Shown: one piece after another, positions 24,690-37,334 of the stretch
Layout: the number at the start of each line of letters is the position of its first letter
Position numbering within the stretch: the first letter of the stretch is position 1
From: Heterodontus francisci
Taxonomy: Eukaryota
Length of the DNA stretch: 64,000 bases
Assembly (NCBI RefSeq): GCF_036365525.1
Contig: NC_090399.1
Span: 31,280,430-31,344,429, forward strand
Direction: 5' to 3'
Notes under the pieces: model-generated
The model's input: only the letters and a program-made list of their open reading frames with translations
Told to the model about the DNA's origin: nothing
The model's database searches: none
Program-made: the position numbers and the translations under genes

Positions 24690-25365
24690 TATTCAAAGTC
24701 AAAAGAGGATATGGAGGTACTGGAGAAGGTGCAGAAGAGATTTATGTGATTACACTGGTTGGGAACAACAAGCAGAAACGATTGAATAGTCTGTGACTCT
24801 TTTCTCTAGGAAACAGAAGGCTGAGGGCTGGTCTTTAAAATTATGAAGGGGTTTCATAGGCTCGATGTAGAAAAGATGATTCCACTTGTGAGGATGTTCA
24901 AGAGGAAATTCAGAAGAAACCTTTTCACCCACAGAGAGATGCGCTTGTGGAACTCGCAACTACATTGATTCGTGAAGACAACTGACATAGGTGCATTTAA
25001 GGGGAAGTTAGGTAAATGAACAGAAGAATATGCCGATGAGATAAGATGAAGAGGGGTAGGATACGGCTCTTGTGGACCATTTTTTATTCGTTAAGTGATG
25101 TGGGCATTGCTGGCCAGGCCAGCATTTATTGCCCACCCCTAATTGCCCTTGAGAAGGTAGTGGTGAGCCGCCTTCTTGGACCACTGCAGTCCATGTGGGG
25201 TAGGTACACCGACAGTGCTGTTAGGAATGGATTTCCAGGATTTTGTCCCAGTGACAATGAAGGAACAGTAATATAGTTCCAAGTCAGGATGGTATGTGGC
25301 TAGGAGGGGATCTCTGCTGCCCATGTACTTCAAGGTGATAGAGGTCGCGAGTTTGGAAGGTATGA
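24690..25365. mobile_element. Tail-to-tail CR1 (+, ~24690-25080) and L2/Crack-like (-, ~25081-25365) 3' fragments
   Basis: LEKVQKRF remnant; family 3' end ggccagcatttattgcccacccctaattgccc. Confidence 0.7.
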
Positions 25366-26030
25366 CACTGGCACAGAGCAGTGGGCCCTATGGTCTGTTT
25401 CCATGTTGCAAGATTACCCTACTAAATTCGGCATTATAGAGATGGAAAGGCTCGTTGCCAAATGGTTCCATATATATGTCAGGATCGAGTAAAAGGGGCT
25501 AGAACTTACGCACAGAGTATAGGAAATCTGGTATTTAGATTCTTACATTTTAAAAAATGTTTAGTTACAAGGGAAACGGTTTTTACCCAAACATAACGTA
25601 AAAGGCAGGAGCTACTCTTGGATGTGCAGAACTATATCCGATTGGCTGAACTAGAAATTCGTCACCCATTGAAAAATATTAAAAATGGACAACGTGTAAG
25701 AACCTGCTCTTCAGAATTCAATCATATACTTCGGATAACTTTAACTTGACTCACTGGGCGGGAAATCCAGTAGAGCGGATAGAACGCCGGATTTGAACGC
25801 CGCCCAATATTGCACTTCATTGCCCTCAATCAGACAGTAAGATCAGCACTGCATTCGATCCTATCAATTCCCAGATGGGTGGATACGGTTAAACGTGCCC
25901 CGTGATCTGTATTGCTAATTCATTATCGACCATTTTGTGTTCCTGACCAAGACGAATTTCTACCCCAGAGTCAGGCAACAGCAGAGAGTAAGAATGATGC
26001 CGTTACCGAGTTTTGACTTGTTCTCCATAG

Positions 26031-26141
26031 GTTCTGTGGCTGAACCGAACACGGGAATGAGTGCAAATGCAGTTCTGTACATTGTACGAGGAGTGGTTGT
26101 CATCACAATGATCATCAGTATATTAGTCTGGCGAATGGGAG
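26031..26141 (+). pseudogene. Stalk/TM exon with Arg in the membrane segment (activating type), assigned to gene D
   Basis: ttctccatag|GSVAEPNTGMSANAVLYIVRGVVVITMIISILVWRMG G|gtaag; 111 nt, phase 1-1, open frame. Confidence 0.85.
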
Positions 26142-26552
26142 GTAAGATTATTCAATATCATTTCAGTAAATAGTCGACAGTTCTGAATTGAAAATGTTTT
26201 CTCTGAATTTTGCCATCATGGAAGCGACAGGTGTTAACACTGGATAGTACAACAATCTCGTTACACAGTCGGATAACAGCGCATGCATATGTTCACATTT
26301 GTCTGAAATTTCTTCGCTCCCACTTTAGAGGAGAATTTATCCAATTGAAAATAAATGGCTTAACAGTTCCAGTAAAAAGCAAAGGAAGAATATGGAAGAT
26401 GAACACCTAACACATTAAGCAGTCCAGGTGTAGTTTTAGTCTGGAATCTCCCCACCTGTAACGGCACTTTCCCCAAACAATGTACACCAGCAGCAACTTG
26501 AACGAACACTGTCCATTGTTTCCAGGTGACTTTTCCATTGCCCAAAGACATG

Positions 26553-28038
26553 GCAAGCTGGCCGAACGTGTCTACCATGAGGCACAGTGTGGCTTTCGAG
26601 CAGAGAGATCGACCATTGACATGCTGTTCTCCGTTTGTCAGCTACAGGAGAAATGCCGTGAACAACAGATGCCCCTCAACATTGCTTTCATTGATCTCAC
26701 CAAAGCCTTTGACCTCGTCAGCAGACGTGGTCTCTTCAGACTACTAGATAAGATTGGATGTCCACCAAAGCTACTAAGTATCATCACCTCATACCATGAC
26801 AATATGAAAGGCACAATTCAACATGGCGCACCTCATCAGATCCCTTTCCTATCCTGAGTGGCGTGAAACAGGGCTGTGTTCCCGCACCCACACTTTTTGG
26901 GATTTTCTTCTCCTTGCTGCTCTCACATGCGTTCAAGTCTTCAGAAGAAGGAATTTTCCTCCACACAAGATCAGGGGGCAGGTTGTTCAACCTTGCCCGT
27001 CCAAGAGCGAAGTCCAAAGAACGGAAAGTCCTCATCAGGGAACTCCTCTTTGCTGATGATGCTGCTTTAACATCTCACACTGAAGAGTGTCTGCAGAGTC
27101 TCATCGACAGGTTTGCAGCTGCCTGCAACGAATTTGGCCTAACCATCGGCCTCAAGAAAACGAACATCATGGGACAGGACGTCAGAAATGCTCCATCCAT
27201 CCATATTGGCGACCACGCTCTGGAAGTGGTTCAAGAGTTCACCTACCTAGGCTCAACTATCACCAGTAACCTATCTCTAGATGCAGAAATCAACAAGCGC
27301 ATGGGAAAGGCTTCCACTGCTATGTCCAGACTGGCCAAGAGAGTGTGGGAAAATGTCGCACTGGCACAGAACACAAAAGTCTGAGTGTATCAAGCCTGTG
27401 TCCTCAGTACCTTGCTCTATGGCAGCGAGGCCTGTACAACGTATGTCAGCCAAGAACGATGTCTCAATTCATTCCATCTTTGCTGCCTCCGGAGAATCCA
27501 TGGCATCAGGTGGCAGGACCGTATCTCCAACACAAAAGTCCTCGAGGCAGCCAACACCCCCAGCTTATACACAGTACTGAGTCAGCGGCGCTTGAGATGG
27601 CTTGGCCATGTGAGCCGCATGGAAGATGGCAGGATCCCCAAAGACATATTGTACAGCGAGCTCGCCACTGGTATCAGATCCACCGGCCATCCATGTCTCC
27701 GCTTCAAATACGTCTGCAAACGCGACATGAAATCCTGTGACATTGATCACAAGTCGTGGGAGTCAGTTGCCAGCGTTCACCAGAGCTGGCGGGCAGCCAT
27801 AAAGGCGGGGCTAAAGTGTGGCGAGTCGAAGAGACTTAGCAGTTGGCAGGAAAAACGACAGATGCGCAAGGGGACAGCCAAATGTGTAACAGCCCCAACA
27901 AAGACATTTTTCTGCAGCACCTGTGGAAGAGCCTGTCACTCTAGAATTGGCCTTTATAGCCAAACCAGGCGCTGCTCTACACACCACTGACCACCTCCAG
28001 GCGCTTACCCTTACTCGAGATAAGGAGGCCAAAGAAGA
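26553..28038 (+). mobile_element. RTE (BovB-like) LINE, RT to 3' end
   Basis: EAQCGFRAERST, FIDLTKAFDLV, KQGCVPAPTLF, LLFADD, RLRWLGH and terminal zinc finger (ORFs 26480..27990). Confidence 0.95.
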
Positions 28039-29001
28039 GTAATCTCTTAGAGGATAGAGGCTGACAGGGAGATTGAATAGAAGTGTTCAAAATCAGGAAG
28101 GGCCTTTAATATGGTCCACTGACAGGCGAGTCGATAACAAGAAGACATGGATTTCAAATAACTGGCAAAAACAGCCAGGGGGAGCTGAGAAGAGTTTTCT
28201 GTACTCAGAGTTGTTGAGAACTGGAATGCAATGGCTGAAAGCGGGCAGTGGAAACCGATTCAATAGTAACTTCCAAAAATAATTGCATATATACTAGAAC
28301 ATAAAAATATTGCAGGGCTATGAGGAAACAGCAAGGGAATGCGACACAGCTGGCATAGGCACAACGGAATTTGTGCTGTCCAGTTTGACTCCATGAGCAG
28401 CAAGTAAGAGATCGTATTATAAAACTGAAAAATACTGCAAAGATAATGATAAACGCAAACAGAGGCAGAATACAAAGGCACTGACTATTTCACAAAGGGT
28501 AAATCACTGCTTTTATAACCTGGGTAATTTTAAATTGGTAGAAGGAAATATAAGGACAGATGTCCCTGTTCTCGTGTCTTGGACTACTGGATCGCCTGAA
28601 CACAGAGAGTAAAGGAAAACTGAGGGTGGAAGAGCACACCTTCGAAGGAGAACATCATTCCACCGGGCCTCATCCGCCAACCCTCGCCCCCTCTACCCCT
28701 CCGCCCCTACAACCCCTCCTCACCGCCCCTCGCCACCTCCATATTGCTGATTGCCCGAGTCCAGGTGCTGGGACAGAAAGATTATGACACTGTTTGAACC
28801 CCAGCTCCCTGTCTGACCCCAGTCAGAAGCATGATGGTCCAGATAAGGTAAGAGAGAGCTGTCCATAGAATGATATTCCAGCTAGATGGAGACTGAAAGA
28901 ATACGAGAGGGAAACAAGGTGGGGGGGGGGGGCGTGGGGGGGGGGGGGAGGGGGGTGAATATCAACTGGATGGCAAGACTATAAAAAACATAATAATAAT
29001 T

Positions 29002-32000
29002 ATGTTGCGTTAATTATATTTGCAGCAATTCGCAGCATCTGCCCTTCATTTGGAGTAATGAAGGTTCGTACACAGCAGTTTTGATATTTTTAATTTGATA
29101 TTTTTGTTGTGGAATATTAACGTGAAGCAAAGTATCATGGACGTCAGAGAAATGGATTACCATGTGCGTTAGTCATTGATCCGTGCTGGGTGAATAAAAT
29201 GCTCCAAAAAACAGTATTGTCCTTACAGGTACAGGCCTCACAGCAGGGCCATTTATAATTTGTATTTGTTGAGTAAAGAAGGGGTGGATGTATTAAAAAA
29301 TAAAACAGTCTCTGTCAGCTACGTCACTGTCAGGTGCAGAGTAGAGCTCCCTCCCTAAGTATCATGACCATAAGGTAGTTATTCGAGTTCAGCTGGGATC
29401 AAAGTTACCAATCATGTTCTTTTTGACTGTGACCGAATACGCTATCTCACATATGCTCTTTGGCCAAAGTGAATCACAGCCAGATCGAGGCCATTCTCTT
29501 TGGGAACTGGGCCTACCGATCCTGTGTCCCATTCATCGTCAGATCAGGCTACCTGAAGGTGCTGGGGATATAGTTTGGAAGGGCAGGGGCATGTGACAAA
29601 AACTGGAAGCAGTGAATAGCCATGGTGAAACAGAAACTGGGCATATGGGATCAAAGCTCCCTCTCCATTGTGGATAAAAACCTGATCACCAGGTGCGAGG
29701 TGCACTTGCTGTTGGTGTACATGGCACAGACTGGACTACACCACACTCCTGCACTGTGGTAGTCACCCGAGCTATTTCTGCTTTATCTGGAGATTGAAAA
29801 TGGACCATGTCCACAGGTAGGCAACGTTCAATCCTGTAAAAGAGGAAAAAACGTACCCAACGTCACCGTCATCCTTACGGCCGCCTTTGTGCGCAGCTGC
29901 ATCAAGCTGTTAGTAAACCCTCGGTAGGCAAACACCAAGTACCACTACATGCTGAAGATTATCTGTCCCCAGTGTTGCAAAGGATGTGGGTGGCCACAGT
30001 GTTGTATAACGCTCCATTCAGTTGGACCGTGCCTTACCACCTGACCCTCATGGATTTTTTTTTACAGAAATCACCTTTGACCACAAGTTCATCTGGCAGT
30101 GGTCTGCACATGATGTCTTCGAGGCCCTGTGGGAAAAGGAGATGTTGGATACTGTCAGAAGGTTCCCCAAACAGACATTCAAAGTCATTTGGCAGAATGC
30201 TTCGTCGGCAGAACATTCAAACAAGCCCCAATATGTAGCTTGGCTGGTGGTAAAAAGGGTCCTCCCTGTCAGATCCTTCCTGCACTTCCAGAGCCTCACT
30301 GCCTCCACATGCTGCCCTTGAGGAGCCATGGTGGGGAAGATATTGTCATCTATCTCCTTCTGGATTGTGAATTTTTAAAGCAAATGTGGATAAAGATGCA
30401 GCAGTTTTTGTCAAGGTTCATTCCGAGTAGCTCTGTAAAGCAGGACTCAGTGCTCTACAGGTTGTTCCAAAGAAGCACATCGAGAGAAACATCAGTTGCT
30501 CCTGGAGGACAATCAACTCAGTGAAAGACACTCTTTGGTCTCGCCGAAAACTGCTGGTCTTCCGAAAGAGCTGTCAATGACTGAGTGTTGCAGACTGGCA
30601 CATTCTAAGGTCCATATTGGGGAATGCACTAAAGATTGGGCAGCTGCCACCAAGGCTGAATGGGGATAGGCCACTTCATAAAGTCCGACCAGTATAATAA
30701 CCAGTAGAGCGTTACGGAGCGGGAACCGGAGTGAGTAGGACTTGAGGTAGAGAGAAAGCAGGAAGCAAAGGTCGACGAGAGGATGGACATGAGGGAGGGT
30801 TTATTCCCATTCAGTGACTGCTTCCAATTTGGCCAAATATTTCTGTCCTCTGTTATTTGGTGGATGTGTGTATTAAAACATAATCTGCAACATTAATATG
30901 AAAAAGTGACGTGGACCGAAGAAAACTTAGCGATTTGATAGTAATCCCACTTTCGATGCAACTGGGTTCCATTTCCAAGCACCACTGGCTGAAGGAAAAG
31001 TGACAGGCGGTTTTATCCAGTATGATTTGTCAAAAGCCAGGGACAATTTTTTTTAAAATCCACTTAAATCTACATAGTGAATGCCTGTTTTATTTCCGTT
31101 TCATTCTTCTCCGTACACCCCTTAAACGTGCATTCCTTTAAATGTTAAGCTTTTTGCAGAATTAGGTCATTTCTCATATTAGGTTTTCGTAGTCGTTTGT
31201 GGTGGTTAGGCCAATATAAATTTACATTCTATCTTCTCAGCTTTCCACCCAATTCAGTCAGATTTCTGACAGACCAATTGCATTAGAATCAACCGATTGT
31301 GCTGATAGCGACACTCATTACACAGTCACCTGCCCTGCTTCATTCCTCCTCAGGCCCAACTTCTGATTATTATCCTTGAACATTCGACATGCCTTGTGGG
31401 GGAAAAGTGGAACTGAGTAACCTGGTTCAGGCTGGTCTCCATACACCAGAACACTATTGAGAGACGGCCGTGAACCTGTCTCATTAACTCAAGCTGGAGA
31501 TACAGATCTGGCGCTGGGAGTTGGAACTCTACCTACTGTGTCCACGAATCCTGCAAACCATCCTTTCAATGGACAAGTTAGTTCTGCTTGAATGGTGCCA
31601 AGATGATTGCCAATGCAATGTGCTTGGATGTGGTTTTAGATGGCTTAGAACACAGCAGCACTCTTGCACACACTTGAATAAAATTAAGTATTGATCTTGC
31701 CTAGTTGGATTTGGGCAACCAGGATTGAGACAGAATTTCCACTACTCCCTGGGTAAACAAAACCTGCCGGGATGGATTTCTCTAGTTTGGATTGTAGATT
31801 ATTCAGTTTAATGATTGACAACTGCCTTACCAAAAGTCAGTCCCAAAAACAGAGGACGCCTCTCCCAACCTTGTTTACTTCCTCCAATCTATAGTCTCGT
31901 AGAGCCCAAGTTGTGGATAATCTAATGTGACATATTGATTTTTTTTGGGTGGGGGGAGGATCTCAGTTGTTATTTGAACTTTAAAAGGTTCCCCTGTTAA

Positions 32001-32195
32001 GGTCCTTGACCTTTAGCCTTGGTTGACTTCAATTTGTTTTTAAATAAAGTATATCATTATAACATGATGCTATATTTGGTGATCTTATTCAACAAAATGG
32101 GAGGTAAAACCTGTATGTTCGCAGCTTCCTGAATATTTCTCGCAGACAGGAAAAATAAGACCAGCACTGATGGAATATTGCTAGCCGAGTTGTGA
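29002..32195 (+). pseudogene. NKp30-like gene E: leader ~29002-29063, V exon ~29110-29370 + 30704-30746 (split by Tx1), Lys-TM exon 31988-32103, short tail 32146-32195
   Basis: INVKQ...LPC...CRVELPP[insert]PVERYGAGTGVS; TM aaag|GSPVKVLDL*PWLTSICF*IKYIIIT/MMLYLVILFNKMG G|gtaaaa parallels 26031-26141. Confidence 0.65.
29371..30690 (+). mobile_element. Tx1-clade LINE 3' portion
   Basis: YLKVLGI, WTVPYHL, KVIWQNASS...VAWLVVKRVLPVRSFLH...CP...EDIVIYLLLDC (zf-RVT); flanked by agtatcatgacca / agtataataacca. Confidence 0.88.
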
Positions 32196-32734
32196 TGTAT
32201 TGAAAGGATTGCTTTTAATTCCACGGGGTAACTGTTAGGTTTTAATGACAGCAGGTCCATATTCTCCGACTCCAGTAACCCCAGGAGAACTGTTTACTTC
32301 CAGCAACTAGTTCTGGGTATCCTGGGTGAGGAATTCAGAATTGTCTTTCCAGTAACATAATATGAAACATCCATGTGTATTACACGGTCAAGTCCCTCAA
32401 AAATATGCTACAGTATATTAACGGCAACTAGTTGCTTAACAAGCTCTGCCATGTTATAGAGACATGTGGGTGGCAGCACTTTTCAATTGCTTTGCGCCAG
32501 ATGCGAGGCTTTCGCTTCGATTTCTCAAGGAGTTGATGGAAAATAGTGGGCAGTACACCAATCTGTTTCTGCTAAGCTGCTTTCCCCTGCGTCGAAAGCT
32601 CGCCACAACCTCACACGCCATGTGTGCACTGCATTGCCCGTGATTACTTCTTCATTATGTGGACGCTATAAGTTACTTATTCTCCTCCGCACTGTTCTAT
32701 AGCTATGCATGGAAACATTTCTATGAACTAAGTA

Positions 32735-33845
32735 CGAACATGCGAACATACAAATTAGGAGTAGGCCACTCGACCCCTCGAGCCTGCTCCGCCATTCAAT
32801 AAGTTCATGTCTGAACTGATTACTCCACATTTCCACCTACTCCCGATAACCTTCCAGCCCCTTGCTTATCAAGAATCTTTCTAACTCTGCCTTAAAAATA
32901 TTCAAAGACTTTGATTCCACTGCCTTTTGAGGAAGGGAATTCCAAAGACTCACGACCCTCTGAGAAAAAACGTTTTTCCTCATCCCTGTCTTCAATGAGC
33001 GACCCCTTATTTTTAAACAGTGACCCCTAGTTCGAGATTCTCCCACAAGGGGAAACATCCTTTCCATATCCACCATGTCAAGACCCCTCAGGATCATTCA
33101 AGTCGCCTCTTACTCTTCTAAATTCCAGCGCATATAAGCCTAGCCTGTCCAATCTTTCCTCGTAAGAAACCACAACCATTCCAGGTATTAGTCTGGTAAA
33201 CCTTCTCTGTACTGCCTCCAACGCATTTACATGCTTCCTTAAATAAGGAGACCAGTACTGTACACAATACTCCAGATGTGGTCTCACCAATGCCCTGTAT
33301 AGCTGAAGCATAACTTCCCTACTTTTGTATTCAATTCGCCTAGCGATAAACGATAACATTCTATTAGCATTCGTAATTACGTGCTATACCTGCATACTAC
33401 CATTTTGGGATTCGTACATTAGGATAATATGAAAAGGTCACAAACAGCGGGGCATGAGAAATCCTTCAACCACCTGACCTGTTACTGAAACCAAAATTAA
33501 TGCCCGTTTTAGTTACCCGACTCTGCTTTAACACCCCTTTAAAAGATTGGAATTATATCAGGCTCCTTCCAATTTAAGAGAACAGTTCCCAACTCCAATA
33601 ACGTTGTAGGTAAGGAGCTCGCCTAGCAGCCGTCCCCGTGTCTTTAAGGAGCACAGGGAGTATTTCATTTAGGCCTGGAAAACAATCTATTTTAAGTCTT
33701 ATTATTCTGTCTTTGCTTTCCTCATTTATGCTAATAACAACAATTTCACCGTCAACAACCCAACTTCTTGTTGTTAGTTGAGAGTTGTTTTCAAGTGTAA
33801 AGACTGATGCAAAGTACTTGTTTAATACCTCTTCCATACTCCTCG
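32735..33845 (-). mobile_element. CR1 LINE fragments
   Basis: ORFs 32837..33097, 33078..33359 (LYRALVRPHLEYCVQYWSP) and 33574..33837 (EVLNKYFASVFT). Confidence 0.9.
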
Positions 33846-34420
33846 AGTCCCCCCTAATCTATCATAAAGATTATTTTAATGGCCTAATTCGGTCTTGGAT
33901 GACTATTTAAGTAACTTTAAAAAGCCTTGAATGTTATTGCTACAATTACCAATTAGCCTCTTTTTCATTAAAATTGTAGGTGATCTGATAGCACCCTCAG
34001 GTTACGTTAATTGTGCATGGTGCAACCATAGATCTGAAAAAATAAATCCGTTTTTTAATTTCCCAACTTACATTGAATAATTTAAAATTCGTCTCCAATC
34101 ATATTTAGACAGCAGAGGGAGTTTTTCTATATGATCTCTTAGCTTCAGTGATAACAAGTCCTTTGCTTTATTCAGTGATTGCCTTCTAGAAAAGAAACCT
34201 TTGTACCTTTTTTTGTGCTAATGTTACTTTTTAATGTATGTTGTTTTTCTGTCGGCACACTGGCCGCTCTCTGCCCAGTTATGTGCAACTGACTGATGTA
34301 ATATTCTTAAGTACCGGCACGTCAATCAACTGAGGAGAATGCCGACTACTTGCATTTTTATACATCATTTGTTCTGGTCATTTTAACAGATATGTTTCTA
34401 TGCTTTTAATTCCATCTTAC

Positions 34421-35615
34421 CACATTATGTCAATTTTTTGAAACGTTTCGTCTGCAAATTAGGCTTTAAAATGACGCGTGTGAGCATTGCGAGTTCTGCA
34501 GCTCCTCTATGTTGCTATGTAACTGGCTCCTGAATGAGCCATTATGAAGGAGAATGAAACTTGCTATTGTTATTAATAACGCTGTTATTGAAGCAGCACG
34601 TTGAATTTCAGATGAAAATGCATAATAAAATGGAGACATATTATACCGTGAACAGATTGCTAAAATGTTTAACACCTAAGTCACCAACTCGAACTAACTT
34701 CTGAAGAGATGTACAGATATAAGCAGCTTGGTTCTTTAGGACTTGCTCACAACCGGTACATAATTCCACGGTTTTGTGCATCGAATTCTGGCATATACGG
34801 CAGCTAAAGCGAGCGAGTGGCGTAATGGCACCTTCTCAAACTTAAGAGTTTAAGATGGCCGATTCAAATCCAAATTCAGACAGTTTCGCTAAGTAGAGAT
34901 CTGAATTCTGGGTTGGCAGTGCATGTTTACAGAATAATCCATTTTCCAAATCTACTGAAAATGTGCTAATTTTATTGGCATATTAAAACAGTGTTTTTAA
35001 TCATCTACTAAACATTTAATTACATATGTACTTGGTTGTACTGGGTGTTGGTTTCAGAGGTCACCATTTCCAGCGTCGCTAAAAAAAAGGTCTAAACTGT
35101 TAACGCCGCCTACATTAATTTCCACCAAACGTTGTTAAGCAACAAAACCTCCGTGTGAAGTTTATCCTTTGGAGCATCAATGATTGGGTGGAATCTCCCC
35201 AAGCCCAGCACATAACTTCACACTTTCGGAAAATCATATCTCAAAGAAGCTTGATAATTAAAACATTTTGTTAAAAAAAGGCTGGTTCACATATTTAACT
35301 ATCCGTTAGGTAACACACAACTGTATTTCAAAGTGTGGTATTGGAGCATGAAACCAGGAAGTTCCCAGTTCGGGCCTCCAGTCCAGTTGAGTTAAATGTT
35401 CAGGAGTAGCCGTTGAAATGGAAAGTGGATCATCCCTGGCTCTCTACATTTCTAAACTGGTTAAGTTTAAAAACAACCGAGCTGGGCCTCCTGCGAACTT
35501 TGCAGCTACATTCACTATCACGTCGACAACAACTGAGGGTGGGGGGGAGGGAACATGACCTCCTCCAGGGATTTCATTCCAGAGTAAGGTCGGGTCTTGA
35601 GTCCTGATTTCCACT
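34421..35615 (-). pseudogene. Degenerate gene F: V exon ~35615-35170 (SINE inside), C-like exon 34954-34685, TM ~34600-34490, cytoplasmic exon 34451-34421
   Basis: CEV/VLGLGR at 35222-35194; ttttcag|VDLENGLFC...NQAAYICTSLQKLVRV G|gtgact; AASITALLITIASFILL; tgcag|DETFQKIDIM|gtaaga. Confidence 0.5.
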
Positions 35616-35729
35616 CCAGTTTTAGTATAATTGGGAAGAGTTTCCGATGTCCTGACCACATTCACCCTGGGCTGCTCCCAGCTCCGGGCTGCAACGATAA
35701 CTTTATTATACGTTACAAAGTCAGAGGAG

Positions 35730-36299
35730 ACTCGGTACTGACGCTACGGTTGCAACATAAATATGCCTTCCGCTTGTTGTCTCAGTACCCCATGGGACTT
35801 TGGTGCCTCTGGATGTATATCAGACAGATGCACCCAGGGTTTCTGTCACTGATTCCTATTCAGTGACGTCTACTAGACCTGTGGAGACATGAGGAGGTGG
35901 TGGGGCAGAACTGTGATGATTTACCCCTACGGTGATATTTCATGGACACAACAGTTTGCGGTCTCCTGTGCAGCCAGCCCTGGCTAAACTCAAAAACTTT
36001 AGAAGACGATAGGAAAAAACTGGAAGGAGAAATAACATTGTTGAACATCTATTTCAAACGAATGTTTCTCTAACCGAGAATCCTATGTTTTTCATATTTC
36101 CAGAATTCAATCTTATCTCTCTTTATTTGTATCAAAATATCCCAAAAATCCTGCATAGCTGTCATGAGTGAAACTGATGATTTACCAATTCACAATTTGT
36201 ATGTTTCTCCGACCTGTTGCTTATCCTCTCGAAGATGTTTGCGGTCACAGCTTTAGAAACAGCCTTAGAATTAACTAACGGGGTAAATTAACTGAATCA

Positions 36300-36355
<56 letters not shown>

Positions 36356-37141
36356 GTTTTACTATTCATATTGATCTTTGATTATTCCTTGAATATGTGT
36401 GAGTCAGGTCGCTTCTCGTCTGAACTTCAGCAGGGCTTTGAGTGTTCAATGGTGGAGGCATAACCGGGAGGTTAGTGATACTTCTCTGCCATGGGTAGGA
36501 CATGTTATGATCGAATTAAGTTATCATACCCAGCTTCTGCAATCTGAAAGACGTTTGTTCTAATGAAATGTCAATCGTAAGGCATTGCCACCTTCACTGT
36601 TACCCTTTCGGCTTAAGTTTGAACTTCAAGTTAATGATTTGGATTAGGCAATAGCTTTCAGCTCACTCGCCCATTGGGAATCTGCCGAGAATGGGTCCAA
36701 TACTAGTTTTACATCCCATCCGATTTTGCTGTCCACTGAAGACATTGGAGAGCAATATTGGGTGGAGTGTAATACTAGTGTTCCACCCAGTGTCGTGGGC
36801 TTTCCGCCCAGCAAGTTAGGTTGACATCATCGAGTTGACAGTGGCTTAAGCACGCTTGACAGTTTCAAGAAATTGGAATATCTGGGGCAATGCGTTCCAT
36901 TCTGCTTTTTAACAAAATCATGGGCCTCACTGGCTGATGCAATCAATTACTATATTCTCCTATCTGCTTTGGGTGATAGGTCAAAAACCCTAGCACAGTC
37001 TTATGAAACACCAACAAAGGAAGAGAACTCACGAAAACATTTATATATTACAAATCACACATTGGTCATTGATTTGCACAGCTCACGTTGAGTGGGTGCG
37101 CAAGCGGCTGTTAAAATAATAAGAAAGACGTTTTTATTCAT
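35730..37141 (-). pseudogene. Degenerate compact gene G: leader 37141-37087, V-like 37011-36530 (MITE inside), cytoplasmic exons 36250-36214, 36019-35925, 35878-~35730
   Basis: Leader MNKNVFLIILTAACAPTQ|gtgagc (phase 1); ENIVIDC...AEW...IQIINL; canonical splice sites on the tail exons; aataaa at ~35702-35707. Confidence 0.55.
36304..36352. repeat. (TA)n microsatellite
   Basis: About 24 perfect TA units. Confidence 0.97.
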
Positions 37142-37334
37142 CTGGTGCTTCTCACGACCTCGGGGTTTCCCAAAGTGTCCACTTTTCAGCCGCCTCATTG
37201 ACTGTGGAGTATTTTGGGACGTCCTGAGGTCCTGACAGCAGCTGTACAACCAAAGGGCATTACAAAAATAAACTGGAACTGCACCACATGGGCTGGCATC
37301 ACACCGGAGTTGCTGTTGCGTTTATACCCGAAAA

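Noticed and set aside
28915-28956. Poly-G/poly-C tracts (also ~24185-24200 and ~41575-41636) as functional G-quadruplexes
   Set aside because: Simple homopolymer expansions with no supporting context
32064-32103. MMLYLVILFNKMG as a signal-peptide exon
   Set aside because: Better explained as the 3' half of the frameshifted TM exon 31988-32103, paralogous to 26031-26141
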